From Anaerolineales bacterium (lineage in GTDB: Bacteria > Chloroflexota > Anaerolineae > Anaerolineales > UBA4823): DNA of 42,822 nt. The position numbers and the translations under genes are program-made. Within the stretch, counting starts at the first letter, position 1. Each line of letters opens with the position of its first letter. Location: assembly GCA_036507795.1 (NCBI GenBank), contig DATCIL010000401.1, positions 1 to 42,822 on the forward strand. Reading direction: 5' to 3'. Under the pieces are notes generated by a model that was not told the origin of the DNA, searched no databases, and worked only from the letters and a program-made list of their open reading frames with translations. Below, piece after piece: positions 1-8,332 of this stretch.

Positions 1-1
1 C

Positions 2-271
2 GATTTATCGCATGTGCCGTATATCAGTAGCTCCGGGCTGCGGGCGATCCATACGATTTTCAACCTTTTACGCAGCGGCAATCCCGAGGAAAGTGGTGCG
101 GCTACGCGGAAAGGCATTGCCGCCGGCACCTTTACCTCTCCGCACCTCAAGCTGCTCAATCCTTCAAAGAATGTCCTGGAGGTGCTCAAGACCGCCGGCT
201 ACGACATGTTCCTCGAGATCCACCATGACTATAAAAAGGCCATCGCATCTTTCAAACCCGCCGCACCGTAA
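2..271 (+). CDS. STAS-domain anti-sigma-factor antagonist (SpoIIAA/RsbV-like); 5' end lies outside the window
   Basis: The frame stays open back to base 2. DLSHVPYISSSGLRAI matches the conserved STAS phosphoserine motif (DxS-V-x-x-I-SSGL). The C-terminal LKLLNPSKNVLEVLKTAGYDMFLEI is a typical STAS end. Confidence 0.75.
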   Translation, partial: DLSHVPYISSSGLRAIHTIFNLLRSGNPEESGAATRKGIAAGTFTSPHLKLLNPSKNVLEVLKTAGYDMFLEIHHDYKKAIASFKPAAP

Positions 272-353
272 ACCCCCCGGCAGCCACCGCCATCCCTCGC
301 CATGAAATCCGGTCGCCTAACATCTGAATTGAACCGTCTTCTCTATACCTTGA

Positions 354-428
354 GTATCCGACCCTATCCCCTATCCCTTATCCCTTCAATCTTTAACTAA
401 TCTTCAACCTTTCACCCTTCAACCCTCT
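354..428. repeat. Degenerate heptanucleotide tract (CCCTATC / CTTCAAC type)
   Basis: Direct reading shows period 7: ccctatc ccctatc ccttatc ccttcaa ... tcaacct ttcaccc ttcaacc. Confidence 0.7.
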
Positions 429-429
429 T

Positions 430-1668
430 ATGGACAGAACCATTATCAGCCAGGTGCCCCTCTTCTCCACCTTAGCCTCCGGCGAGATCGACGCCCTCGC
501 CGCCGAATTGAAAGAGGTAGTGTATCCGGCTGGCACCGAGCTATTCTTGGAGGGCGATCGCGGGGACAAATTTTATATCGTTGTCGAGGGGCAAATCGAG
601 ATTGTCAAGGCTCTGGGCACGCCAAACGAACGGCTTTTGGCAAGTCGCGGTTCCGGAGAATTTATTGGCGAGATGAGCCTGCTCAATCGCGATGGCCTGC
701 GCACCGCCAGCGCCCGCACCCCGGCCGACACAAAAGTTTTGGAAATGTCGCGCATGGATTTCGATAACCTGCTGCACCGGGAACCCAGCATTGCGTATGA
801 AATGCTGCGGGTGTTGAGCACACGGCTGCGAGTAGCGCACAACGAATCGATCCGCGATTTAAAGGAAAAGAATCGCCGGTTGGAGGAAGCTTACGCCAAC
901 CTGAAGGCCGCGCAGCAACAGATCATCGAAAAAGAAATCCTGGAACGCGAGCTGATGCAGGCGCGCGAGATCCAGGAGAGTATGCTGCCCAGCGTGCTGC
1001 CCCGCTTTGAAGGTTATGACCTGGGTGCCCGCATGGTCCCGGCCCGCATGGTGGGTGGAGACTTCTTCGACCTGATCCCCCTGGCCTCGAACAAGTTGGG
1101 TCTGGTAATCGGCGATGTGTCCGGGAAAGGAGTCCCCGCAGCCCTCTTCATGGCCCTCACTCGCAGCCTGCTGCGCGCCGAAGCCAGCCCGTCCGCCTCT
1201 CCCGAGAAGGTCCTGCACCGCGTTAACCATCATCTGATGGGAATGAATGCCAGAGACATGTTCGTAACCATCTTGTATGGGATTTTGGACGGTGAGCGGC
1301 ACGAATTTGCTTATGTCCGCGCCGGGCACGAGCTGCCCCTCGTGTGGGAGGAAGATGGCCAGGTGATCACACCGCCGATCGGTGGGGGCCAGCTGGTGGG
1401 GATATTCCCCAATCCGGTCCTCGAGACGAAAACGTTAACGCTTAACCCAGGCAGTACGCTGCTGCTCTACACAGATGGCGTCACCGAGGCCAGAAACGAG
1501 CAGGGGGAATTCTTTGAGGATGACGGTCTCAAGGCGCTCGTCCCACAGCTGCTTGACCGCTCGGCCCAGGGGATTTGTGATGCCTTGGTCGAGATTCTGA
1601 CCGATTATCAGGGTGCCGCGCCCCAGGCCGACGATATCACCCTGCTCGCCGTCCGCGCTTTAGCCTGA
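430..1668 (+). CDS. Cyclic-nucleotide-binding domain fused to a PP2C/SpoIIE-type serine phosphatase (RsbU/RsbP-like)
   Basis: The N-terminus has a cNMP-binding signature (FLEGDRGDKFYIVVEG, GEFIGEMSLL, RTASARTP), followed by a coiled-coil linker. The C-terminus has SpoIIE motifs (AREIQESMLP, GGDFFDL, VIGDVSGKGVPAALFMA, YTDGVTEA, DDITLLAV). Confidence 0.9.
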   Translation: MDRTIISQVPLFSTLASGEIDALAAELKEVVYPAGTELFLEGDRGDKFYIVVEGQIEIVKALGTPNERLLASRGSGEFIGEMSLLNRDGLRTASARTPADTKVLEMSRMDFDNLLHREPSIAYEMLRVLSTRLRVAHNESIRDLKEKNRRLEEAYANLKAAQQQIIEKEILERELMQAREIQESMLPSVLPRFEGYDLGARMVPARMVGGDFFDLIPLASNKLGLVIGDVSGKGVPAALFMALTRSLLRAEASPSASPEKVLHRVNHHLMGMNARDMFVTILYGILDGERHEFAYVRAGHELPLVWEEDGQVITPPIGGGQLVGIFPNPVLETKTLTLNPGSTLLLYTDGVTEARNEQGEFFEDDGLKALVPQLLDRSAQGICDALVEILTDYQGAAPQADDITLLAVRALA

Positions 1669-1700
1669 GCAAAAGTATCCCTGTTCTAAAAACATGCCTT

Positions 1701-1735
1701 ACGTATTACGTATCACGTTTTACGTATTACGTTCG
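1701..1735. repeat. Heptamer tandem repeat, ACGNNNN x5
   Basis: acgtatt acgtatc acgtttt acgtatt acgttcg. It lies between convergent genes and overlaps the last codons and stop of the minus-strand CDS. Confidence 0.9.
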
Positions 1736-2280
1736 TATGGCATCAGCTTTCCGGTTGCTCCCTGCGCCCCCTTCACAAGATAATATCCCTCCGCGGCACC
1801 CGATTCGGTGTCATAAATCACCAGCGTCGGCGGGATATTTTTTCTCCCCACCGGCTCATAGCCCATAATAGTTCCAGGATTGATCAGTAGAGCATCCCCC
1901 CGGCTTTCAATCTTAAATATGTGATTGTGGCCATAGCAGACCACATCATAGGCTCCCGAATCGGCTAACGGCAGCGCAATATTGTTATAATGGTTAACGG
2001 CGAAACGCTTACCGCCCAGTTCTCCCTGGTAAAATTCGCCCTGGAGGGAAACGTTATCATAGCGCCCAGCAATATTGGTGATGCGGTACAAATCTCCGTC
2101 GTTGTTTCCGAAAACGATGTGAATGGGATTGCTGAAGCCTTCCGCCAGTTGGGCCACGATGAACGGAGAACACAGATCGCCGCAAACGACCATCGTTTTG
2201 GTGTTTTGCACTCCGATCAGGGCGTCTGCCAGGTTCCATACGTGGTCGTGGATATCTGATAGGATCGCAATTCTCATCAC
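1720..2280 (-). CDS. Metallophosphoesterase, YfcE/MJ0936-like
   Basis: Motifs ILSDIHD, CGDLCSP, GNNDGD, GHNH. An AAGGAGG RBS sits just upstream, so the true start may be the second ATG at 2277. Confidence 0.85.
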   Translation of the reverse strand: MMRIAILSDIHDHVWNLADALIGVQNTKTMVVCGDLCSPFIVAQLAEGFSNPIHIVFGNNDGDLYRITNIAGRYDNVSLQGEFYQGELGGKRFAVNHYNNIALPLADSGAYDVVCYGHNHIFKIESRGDALLINPGTIMGYEPVGRKNIPPTLVIYDTESGAAEGYYLVKGAQGATGKLMPYERNT

Positions 2281-2336
2281 TACCTCCTTTATCTTACGGG
2301 TTTGTTACCAATCATAATACGAAGGTTGAATATCAT

Positions 2337-3062
2337 ATGCAACTCTATTTTATCCGCCATGCCCAGTCTTTTAATAACGCTTTGACCGGTGAAGACGATT
2401 CTGCCGAGAATCGCCGTGAAGATCCTGAACTCACCGACCTGGGCCGGCAGCAAGCCGAAAGGCTTGCGGAATTCCTCAAATGCGGCAACCCGTTCGGCGG
2501 CCGGTTTTGCCAGGAATCTGCCCAGGAGGGTTTTCAGATCAGCCACCTGTACACGAGCCTGATGGTCCGTTCGGTGGCAACCGGCGCGGTCGTTGCCAAA
2601 GAACTGGGTCTGCCCCTGGTGGCCTGGGTGAATGTGCACGAACGCGGCGGCATATACCTGGAAGATCCAACCACCGGGGAAGTCACCGGGCTGCCCGGAA
2701 AGGACCGGGCGTATTTCGAGGAGCAATTTCCTGGCCTGAGGATACCAGAAGACGATATGCAAGACTCGGGTTGGTGGGATGGTCGCCCATTTGAGCAGCG
2801 CGAGCAGTGGCCGGAGCGAGCCCGCGGTTTCCTGAAAGACCTCCTGGAAAGACACGGCGGGACAGGTGACCGGGTCGCCCTGATCAGCCACGGGGGATTT
2901 TACAATGACTTCTTGCGCATCCTGCTGGGGCTGCCTGCCGGTACGGATATCTGGTTTACACTTTTTAACGCCGGCATTACCCGGATCGATTTTAACGAGG
3001 ACAGAACCAGTATCCTTTATCACAACCGGATGGACTATCTACCGCCAGAGCTCATAACGTAA
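2337..3062 (+). CDS. Histidine phosphatase family protein (phosphoglycerate-mutase-like)
   Basis: N-terminal LYFIRHAQS (RHG-type catalytic His) and a distal LISHGG motif. Length is 241 aa. Confidence 0.85.
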   Translation: MQLYFIRHAQSFNNALTGEDDSAENRREDPELTDLGRQQAERLAEFLKCGNPFGGRFCQESAQEGFQISHLYTSLMVRSVATGAVVAKELGLPLVAWVNVHERGGIYLEDPTTGEVTGLPGKDRAYFEEQFPGLRIPEDDMQDSGWWDGRPFEQREQWPERARGFLKDLLERHGGTGDRVALISHGGFYNDFLRILLGLPAGTDIWFTLFNAGITRIDFNEDRTSILYHNRMDYLPPELIT

Positions 3063-3091
3063 TACGCAATACGCAATACGTATTACGTAAG
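3057..3091. repeat. Heptamer tandem repeat, ACGNNNN x5
   Basis: acgtaat acgcaat acgcaat acgtatt acgtaag. It contains the TAA stop of the upstream CDS and lies between convergent genes. Confidence 0.9.
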
Positions 3092-3099
3092 GAAGTATG

Positions 3100-3855
3100 C
3101 TACTGCAATAGACTCAACCAGTAGCGGGCGACGGCGATCAGGAGGATCACTCCCAGCAGGCGGCGCAGATTCGAACCGGAGAGATAACGGGCGCCCAATT
3201 GGCTCCCGCCGAGGGCGCCCAAAAAGCCTACGGGCAGCAGGCTCAGGCCCAGCAGACCCAATTCCATGTTGTTGCCCACCACCCGCCCCAGTACGCCGCT
3301 AAGCGAGTTGACCAGGATGAACGCTGCGGCAGAGGCGGCGGCTTGCTTTGATGTGCCCCAACCGGTTATCACGATGAGCGGGGAAAGAAAGATGCCGCCC
3401 CCGATCCCCAGGATTCCGGAAAGTAGACCGATCACCGCTCCGCTGACCAGGGCTGCCGCCCGGGTCAGGCTAAGGGCCGCCGATGGGTTTTCCTTGAAAA
3501 AGAGCATACGGATGGCGATGTAGGTCAGCGTAATGTAGAGCAGGGCGAAGTAAACATCGGCCTGCACCTGGAGATAACCACCGATGAAGGCAGCCGGAAC
3601 CGAGGTTATCAAGAAAGGCCATAGCAGTTCCGGAACGAAGTGGCGTGCGCGGTAATAAGCTACCAGGGCGATGGCGGAGACCAATATGTTAAGCGCCAGA
3701 GCCGTGCTGGCCATCACCTCGGGCGAAATGGTAAACAGGCTCATGGCAGCCAGGTATCCCGAGGCCCCACCGAAACCGACGCTGGCATAGAGGAAGGCGA
3801 TGGCCAGGACGAACAAGGCCAGGGTGAGCGGGGGCAGATTTTGTGCTTCGATCAA
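3100..3855 (-). CDS. TauE/SafE-family anion (sulfite/sulfonate) exporter, polytopic membrane protein
   Basis: About 8 hydrophobic segments with duplicated G-rich motifs (GFGGASGYL, GIGGGIFLSPL) typical of TauE/SafE. Confidence 0.85.
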   Translation of the reverse strand: MIEAQNLPPLTLALFVLAIAFLYASVGFGGASGYLAAMSLFTISPEVMASTALALNILVSAIALVAYYRARHFVPELLWPFLITSVPAAFIGGYLQVQADVYFALLYITLTYIAIRMLFFKENPSAALSLTRAAALVSGAVIGLLSGILGIGGGIFLSPLIVITGWGTSKQAAASAAAFILVNSLSGVLGRVVGNNMELGLLGLSLLPVGFLGALGGSQLGARYLSGSNLRRLLGVILLIAVARYWLSLLQ

Positions 3856-4001
3856 AGTGTGGCCTCCTGGAAAGCCAGTTTTTTTGCTGCTGAGAAAGCT
3901 TTTGGATTGAACTCCCGCATTTCGCTAACTGCTATGATACCGCATAAGACCGGCGCAGATCGATGAATCCCAGCGAACGATCTAGCGCCGGTGTTTTCTA
4001 T

Positions 4002-4090
4002 AACCGCGAAGTCGCCAAGGAAAAAAGGTTACGCAAAGATTTTTTAGGTTATCCTTTGCGTAACTTGGCGATCTTCGCGTCTTCGCGGTT
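4002..4090. repeat. REP-like imperfect palindrome (AACCGCGAAG...CTTCGCGGTT hairpin)
   Basis: The left arm aaccgcgaagtcgccaagg..ttacgcaaag pairs with the right arm ctttgcgtaacttggcga..cttcgcggtt. It lies 82 nt upstream of the zincin gene. Confidence 0.6.
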
Positions 4091-4171
4091 AAGGGCTGGG
4101 TGTTGAGCGGGTTAACCTGGTTTCGCCAGGAGACAGGCGCGGTTAATCGAAGAATGAGTTAAAATTCGTCC

Positions 4172-6076
4172 ATGTCAATTCATATTTCCTCGCCACCCTT
4201 CAGGCGCCTGCGCGGGTATGCCTTCGATCCCAGTCTTTCCATCCAGCTCGAGACCGTCCCGATCAATGAGGTAGTATTCAAAGTGCCATGGGAGAGAATG
4301 GACATCCTTCAAAAAGGCCCGGTGGGAGAATACCTGGAGGTCGTGGATTATGACCCGGCGAGCCAGTGTTTCTACGAACCCATCGACCTTGATGATCCCT
4401 TAGTGATCGCGCAGGATGGATTATCTCCCTCGGAGGGCAACCCCCAGTTTCACCAGCAAATGGTTTATGCGGTCGCCATGACGACGATCAAGAATTTTGA
4501 ACGCGCCCTGGGGCGGCCGGCCCTATGGGCGCCACGATCGGCACCCGCTACGGCCGATCCGGCAGGCAGCTACGTACCACGACTGCGGATCTATCCCCAC
4601 GCCCTGCGCGAGGCCAACGCATATTACAGCCCGGCAAAAAAAGCGCTCTTGTTCGGTTATTTCCCGGCGACGACCGACCAGCCAGGGATCCAATTCCCTG
4701 GCGGCACAGTGTTTACCTGCCTTTCGCATGACATCGTCGCTCATGAGATCACCCACGCCCTGCTCGATGGCATGCACAGCGGCTTTCTGGAGCCTTCGCA
4801 TCCCGATGTATTCGCCTTCCACGAGGCCTTCGCTGACATTGTCGCCCTTTTCCAGCATTTCAGCTTCCCGGAAGTCCTGGGCCACCAGATCGCCAAGACA
4901 CGCGGCGACCTGGCCAGTCAAAGCCTGCTGGGAGAGCTGGCGCAACAGTTCGGTAAAGCCATCGGCAATTACGGGGCGCTGCGCAACGCCATCGGCCGGG
5001 TAAATCCTGACACTGGTCAGTGGCAGCCACTGCGGCCCGACCCCCAGGAATATCAAAGTGTGCTCGAACCACATGCCCGCGGGGCGATCCTGGTAGCCGC
5101 GGTGTTCGATGCCTTTATTTCTATTTATAAGACCCGCGTGGCCGATCTGCTGCGCATCGCCACCAGCGGAACCGGTGTTTTGCCGGAAGGCTCAATCCAC
5201 CCCGACCTGGTTAACCGCCTTTCGCAGGAGGCTGCCAAATCCGCCCAGCACGTCCTGACGATGTGCATCCGGGCATTGGATTACTGCCCGCCGTTTGATA
5301 TGACGTTCGGAGATTATTTGCGCGCCTTGATCACGGCAGACTCGGATATTGTCCCCAATGATGACCGGGGCTACCGGGTCTCCTTCATTGAATCCTTCCG
5401 CCGCCGAGGAATTTACCCGCGCGAAGTGCGCACTCTTTCTCTGGACAGCCTCCGCTGGCCGGGCGCGCCGATGCGCAGCGATTTGAGCGGTCTTGAAGCG
5501 CTGGCCATTGGACCGCTGATCGCCAGTATTGGGGAATTTGTCAGCAAAACCCGTTTGATTACAGGACGCCAGGAGCTGTCTGCCGAAACAGAGAAAACCA
5601 TGGCAGCGCTTCATAAGGTAATTGACGAAGGGCTCAGAGATTCCGCCTGGTTCGAGGAATTAAGCGGATTGGCGCTCAGCCGCGATACCCAGATCCCGGG
5701 ACTCGAGACGGATGCGGACGGCGACCCGTTGTTCAAGGTCCACGCCGTAAGGCCGGCGCAGCGAGTCGGTCCGGATGGGAACCTGGAAAACCAGATCATC
5801 ATGTCCCTTGTCCAGAAGCGCCGAGTTCCGCTTTATGAGAGCTCACCGGATTCCCAGAAGTTCCTGTTTAGGGGAGGCGGAACGCTGATCCTGGATCTCG
5901 ATGAACAGACGCTGCGCTACAGCATCACCAAGCCGATCAGTGATGAGCAGCGTTTACAGCGGCAGAGAATTTATCTGCGCGACCAGTCCGGGCGCTCCTT
6001 ACGGGCAACCTATTTCGGCGGGCGGATGTCGGGAGATCAGGCCGAGCCCTTCGCGCTGCTGCATAGGGAATTATGA
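4172..6076 (+). CDS. Cytoplasmic thermolysin-like (Glu-zincin) metallopeptidase with a ~300-aa C-terminal region of unknown function
   Basis: SHDIVAHEITHALLDG (HExxH) is followed about 20 aa later by FHEAFADIV, which parallels the thermolysin NEAxSD third-ligand Glu. I see no signal peptide or TM segment. Length is 634 aa. Confidence 0.8.
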   Translation: MSIHISSPPFRRLRGYAFDPSLSIQLETVPINEVVFKVPWERMDILQKGPVGEYLEVVDYDPASQCFYEPIDLDDPLVIAQDGLSPSEGNPQFHQQMVYAVAMTTIKNFERALGRPALWAPRSAPATADPAGSYVPRLRIYPHALREANAYYSPAKKALLFGYFPATTDQPGIQFPGGTVFTCLSHDIVAHEITHALLDGMHSGFLEPSHPDVFAFHEAFADIVALFQHFSFPEVLGHQIAKTRGDLASQSLLGELAQQFGKAIGNYGALRNAIGRVNPDTGQWQPLRPDPQEYQSVLEPHARGAILVAAVFDAFISIYKTRVADLLRIATSGTGVLPEGSIHPDLVNRLSQEAAKSAQHVLTMCIRALDYCPPFDMTFGDYLRALITADSDIVPNDDRGYRVSFIESFRRRGIYPREVRTLSLDSLRWPGAPMRSDLSGLEALAIGPLIASIGEFVSKTRLITGRQELSAETEKTMAALHKVIDEGLRDSAWFEELSGLALSRDTQIPGLETDADGDPLFKVHAVRPAQRVGPDGNLENQIIMSLVQKRRVPLYESSPDSQKFLFRGGGTLILDLDEQTLRYSITKPISDEQRLQRQRIYLRDQSGRSLRATYFGGRMSGDQAEPFALLHREL

Positions 6077-6161
6077 ATAGAAAATTCACTGGCGGTCAAT
6101 GTTCTTAAAACGTCTAAGACTTTGGTTATTACGGATCTTCGGGAAGTCACAGGAGTCGTTA

Positions 6162-7613
6162 ATGGTAGATCAGAATGAGGCCGGCAAGAAATCTGGCGTT
6201 GCGTCGGTTCGCGTGCGCATGTATCGTCCTGGGCTGGGAGATTGTTTTCTCATCACTTTTCAAACCGAGGAAAAGGATTTTCACATGCTTGTCGACTGCG
6301 GTGTCTTTCTGGGCACCAGCGGTGGGGCGGACCAGATACGAAAAATCGCCCGAGATTTGGCCGCGCAGACTAGCCAGCATCTCGATGTAACAGTTGCCAC
6401 GCACGAGCATTGGGACCACCTGGCAGGGTTTATCTATGCACAGGAAGTTTTTGATGAATTCGAGATCAGCCAGGTATGGCTTGCCTGGACCGAGGACCCG
6501 GCCAATCCACTCGCCCGGCAGCTGCGTGCCGAACAGGAAGCCCACCTGAACGCCCTGCACCTTGCCCTGCAAAACATTAAGGACCAGCTGGGCGATTACG
6601 GATCGGGAATTCAGGAGCTGCTCAATTTCTCCGGTGAGGCCCTGGCTGCCTCTGGAGGCAGATCGACCCGGGCCGCTTTGGAATATCTCGCAAAGCACAA
6701 AAGCGCCAGAATCAAGTATTGTTATCCGGGGAGAAAACCCCTGATCCTTGACGATCTGCCGGGCGTTCGTATCTACGTGCTCGGCCCTCCTGAGGATGAA
6801 ACCCTGATCAAGCACAGCGAGCCCGGCGCATCGGGCGATGAAGTCTATCACGAACTTACCCGCCTCAACCTTTCAAACAGTTTTTTTGCGGCTTTGCCGT
6901 TAGATGCGGAACGCGATCAATACAGCGCCATCCGGGATTTGTCCTTTCCGTTTGACGGGCAATACCGGATATCGCTGGAGGATGCCAGGCAAGATGCTTT
7001 CTTTGGCGAATATTATGGATTCGATGAGGCGAAAAAGAGCGAAAATGCCTGGCGGAGGATCGATACGGACTGGCTGGATCTGGTGGGTGAGCTTGCCTTG
7101 GCGCTCGACAACGACACCAACAACACCAGTCTGGTCCTGGCAATAGAACTGGTCGAGTCCGGCAAAGTTTTGCTCTTCCCCGCCGATGCGCAGGTTGGCA
7201 ACTGGCAGTCCTGGCAGAAGCTCGAGTGGGAAGTGGATTCAGGGAACGGGCAGACGAAAAGGATTCGAGCCAGGGATTTGCTGGAACGGGCGGTGCTGTA
7301 CAAAGTGGGCCATCACGGCAGCCATAACGCGACCCTGCGAGAACTCGGGCTGGAGATGATGACGAGCGATGAGCTGGTGGCAATGATCCCGGTGGATCAG
7401 GAATTCGCCGGGAAGAAGAAGTGGAACATGCCCTTCGATCCATTGCTGCGCCGTTTGAAGGAGAAAACCCGCGGCCGGGTGATCCGCTCAGATTTAGGAA
7501 TTCCTGATGAGCAAGAGCTTCTCTTATCTCCGGCAGAACGCGCCGCTTTTCGCAATACCACGCGAGAAACCGATCTTTTCATCGATTACATCATTTCCGG
7601 TCGGTCCCAATAA
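6162..7613 (+). CDS. Metallo-beta-lactamase-fold hydrolase, ComEC/Rec2-like subtype, with a large internal insertion
   Basis: Motifs ATHEHWDHLAG (HxHxDH), LLFPADAQ and YKVGHHGSHNAT (the HHGS motif of ComEC-type MBL domains). I place the start at 6162 (MVDQ), which follows AGGAG at good spacing. The ORF is open from 6099, so an alternative start exists. Confidence 0.8.
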   Translation: MVDQNEAGKKSGVASVRVRMYRPGLGDCFLITFQTEEKDFHMLVDCGVFLGTSGGADQIRKIARDLAAQTSQHLDVTVATHEHWDHLAGFIYAQEVFDEFEISQVWLAWTEDPANPLARQLRAEQEAHLNALHLALQNIKDQLGDYGSGIQELLNFSGEALAASGGRSTRAALEYLAKHKSARIKYCYPGRKPLILDDLPGVRIYVLGPPEDETLIKHSEPGASGDEVYHELTRLNLSNSFFAALPLDAERDQYSAIRDLSFPFDGQYRISLEDARQDAFFGEYYGFDEAKKSENAWRRIDTDWLDLVGELALALDNDTNNTSLVLAIELVESGKVLLFPADAQVGNWQSWQKLEWEVDSGNGQTKRIRARDLLERAVLYKVGHHGSHNATLRELGLEMMTSDELVAMIPVDQEFAGKKKWNMPFDPLLRRLKEKTRGRVIRSDLGIPDEQELLLSPAERAAFRNTTRETDLFIDYIISGRSQ

Positions 7614-7653
7614 GCGAATTATGCTCCTAAAATAATTACCGCCGCAGCGGTAG

Positions 7654-7740
7654 GGGCGGGTCTGGGCAGGCATATTACCTTTCAAAATCAGCCACTATGC
7701 CGGGCTCCGAAACATTGCTGATCAAGGCGAAGACCCGCCC
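7654..7740. repeat. GC-rich 10-bp inverted repeat enclosing 67 nt (possible terminator or REP)
   Basis: gggcgggtct (7654-7663) is the exact reverse complement of agacccgccc (7731-7740). It begins about 40 nt after the MBL stop. Confidence 0.5.
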
Positions 7741-7902
7741 GGTTCCGCCTGTTCAGAGATTATTTATGTAAATTTCATCATTCGCCGGATCTCTAAGTAT
7801 GCTGAACCATGGGAGGTCTTTTCGACATTGAGATTCTCGTTGCAACTTTCGCCCGAAATCTACGTATACCTGGATAGAAGAAAGCTGAACAGGAGGCGAA
7901 TT

Positions 7903-8088
7903 ATGGGATTGATAAAACTCATCTTGGGATTGATCGGCGGCTTGATTGGGCTGGTTGTTGGCCTGGTCGTCGGTGCTATCGGATTGGTTGTGGGATTGTT
8001 CGGCGCAGTTTTCGGCATTGGAATTGCCGTACTGGTCGGGCTGCTGTTGTTATCTCCGCTGGTTATCCTTTTTTTGTTGGTTTTTTAG
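7903..8088 (+). CDS. 61-aa glycine-zipper hydrophobic membrane micro-protein
   Basis: The ATG is preceded by AGGAGG at a 6-nt spacing. The protein MGLIKLILGLIGGLIGLVVGLVVGAIGLVVGLFGAVFGIGIAVLVG... is almost entirely G/L/V/I, consistent with 2 TM segments. Confidence 0.55.
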   Translation: MGLIKLILGLIGGLIGLVVGLVVGAIGLVVGLFGAVFGIGIAVLVGLLLLSPLVILFLLVF

Positions 8089-8129
8089 ACAGGGCATTCG
8101 CTTGAGTAATCAGGCTAATCTGTCAGCCT

Positions 8130-8170
8130 GAACCGCGAAGGGAAGATAGGCTCCTGAGCCCCTCGCGTTC
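8130..8170. repeat. Short AACCGCGAAG-type hairpin
   Basis: gaaccgcgaaggg ... ccctcgcgttc form imperfect inverted arms. It uses the same word as the element at 4002. Confidence 0.45.
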
Positions 8171-8182
8171 TGGATCGTTCTA

Positions 8183-8213
8183 ACCTTGCCGCCTTTCCCT
8201 ATGGCGGCAAGGT
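8183..8213 (+). terminator. Stem-loop, candidate intrinsic terminator after the micro-ORF
   Basis: A perfect 11-bp stem (accttgccgcc / ggcggcaaggt) with a 9-nt loop. The following T-tract is weak (attt). Confidence 0.4.
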
Positions 8214-8223
8214 ATTTAATGCC

Positions 8224-8332
8224 AGCAATTCTCATTTTGTCATTGCGAGCGCAGCGAAGCAATCTCCTGCATGGCTCGGACGAGATTGCTTCGGCACCGA
8301 CCGCCTCGCAGACACCATAATGAGAATATCTG
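8224..8332. mobile_element. 109-bp palindromic MITE/REP-like element (CATTGCGAGCG...GAAGCAATCTC family) flanked by a 10-bp direct repeat
   Basis: It has terminal inverted repeats (attctcatt / aatgagaat) and an internal hairpin (gcgaagcaatctc / gagattgcttcg). An identical atttaatgcc lies immediately on both sides (8214-8223 and 8333-8342), consistent with a target-site duplication. Confidence 0.6.

Noticed and set aside
12-305. 97-aa ORF at the window start
   Set aside because: It overlaps the STAS frame, which has the diagnostic SSSGL motif. Its product is a low-complexity Pro/Ser/Arg sequence.
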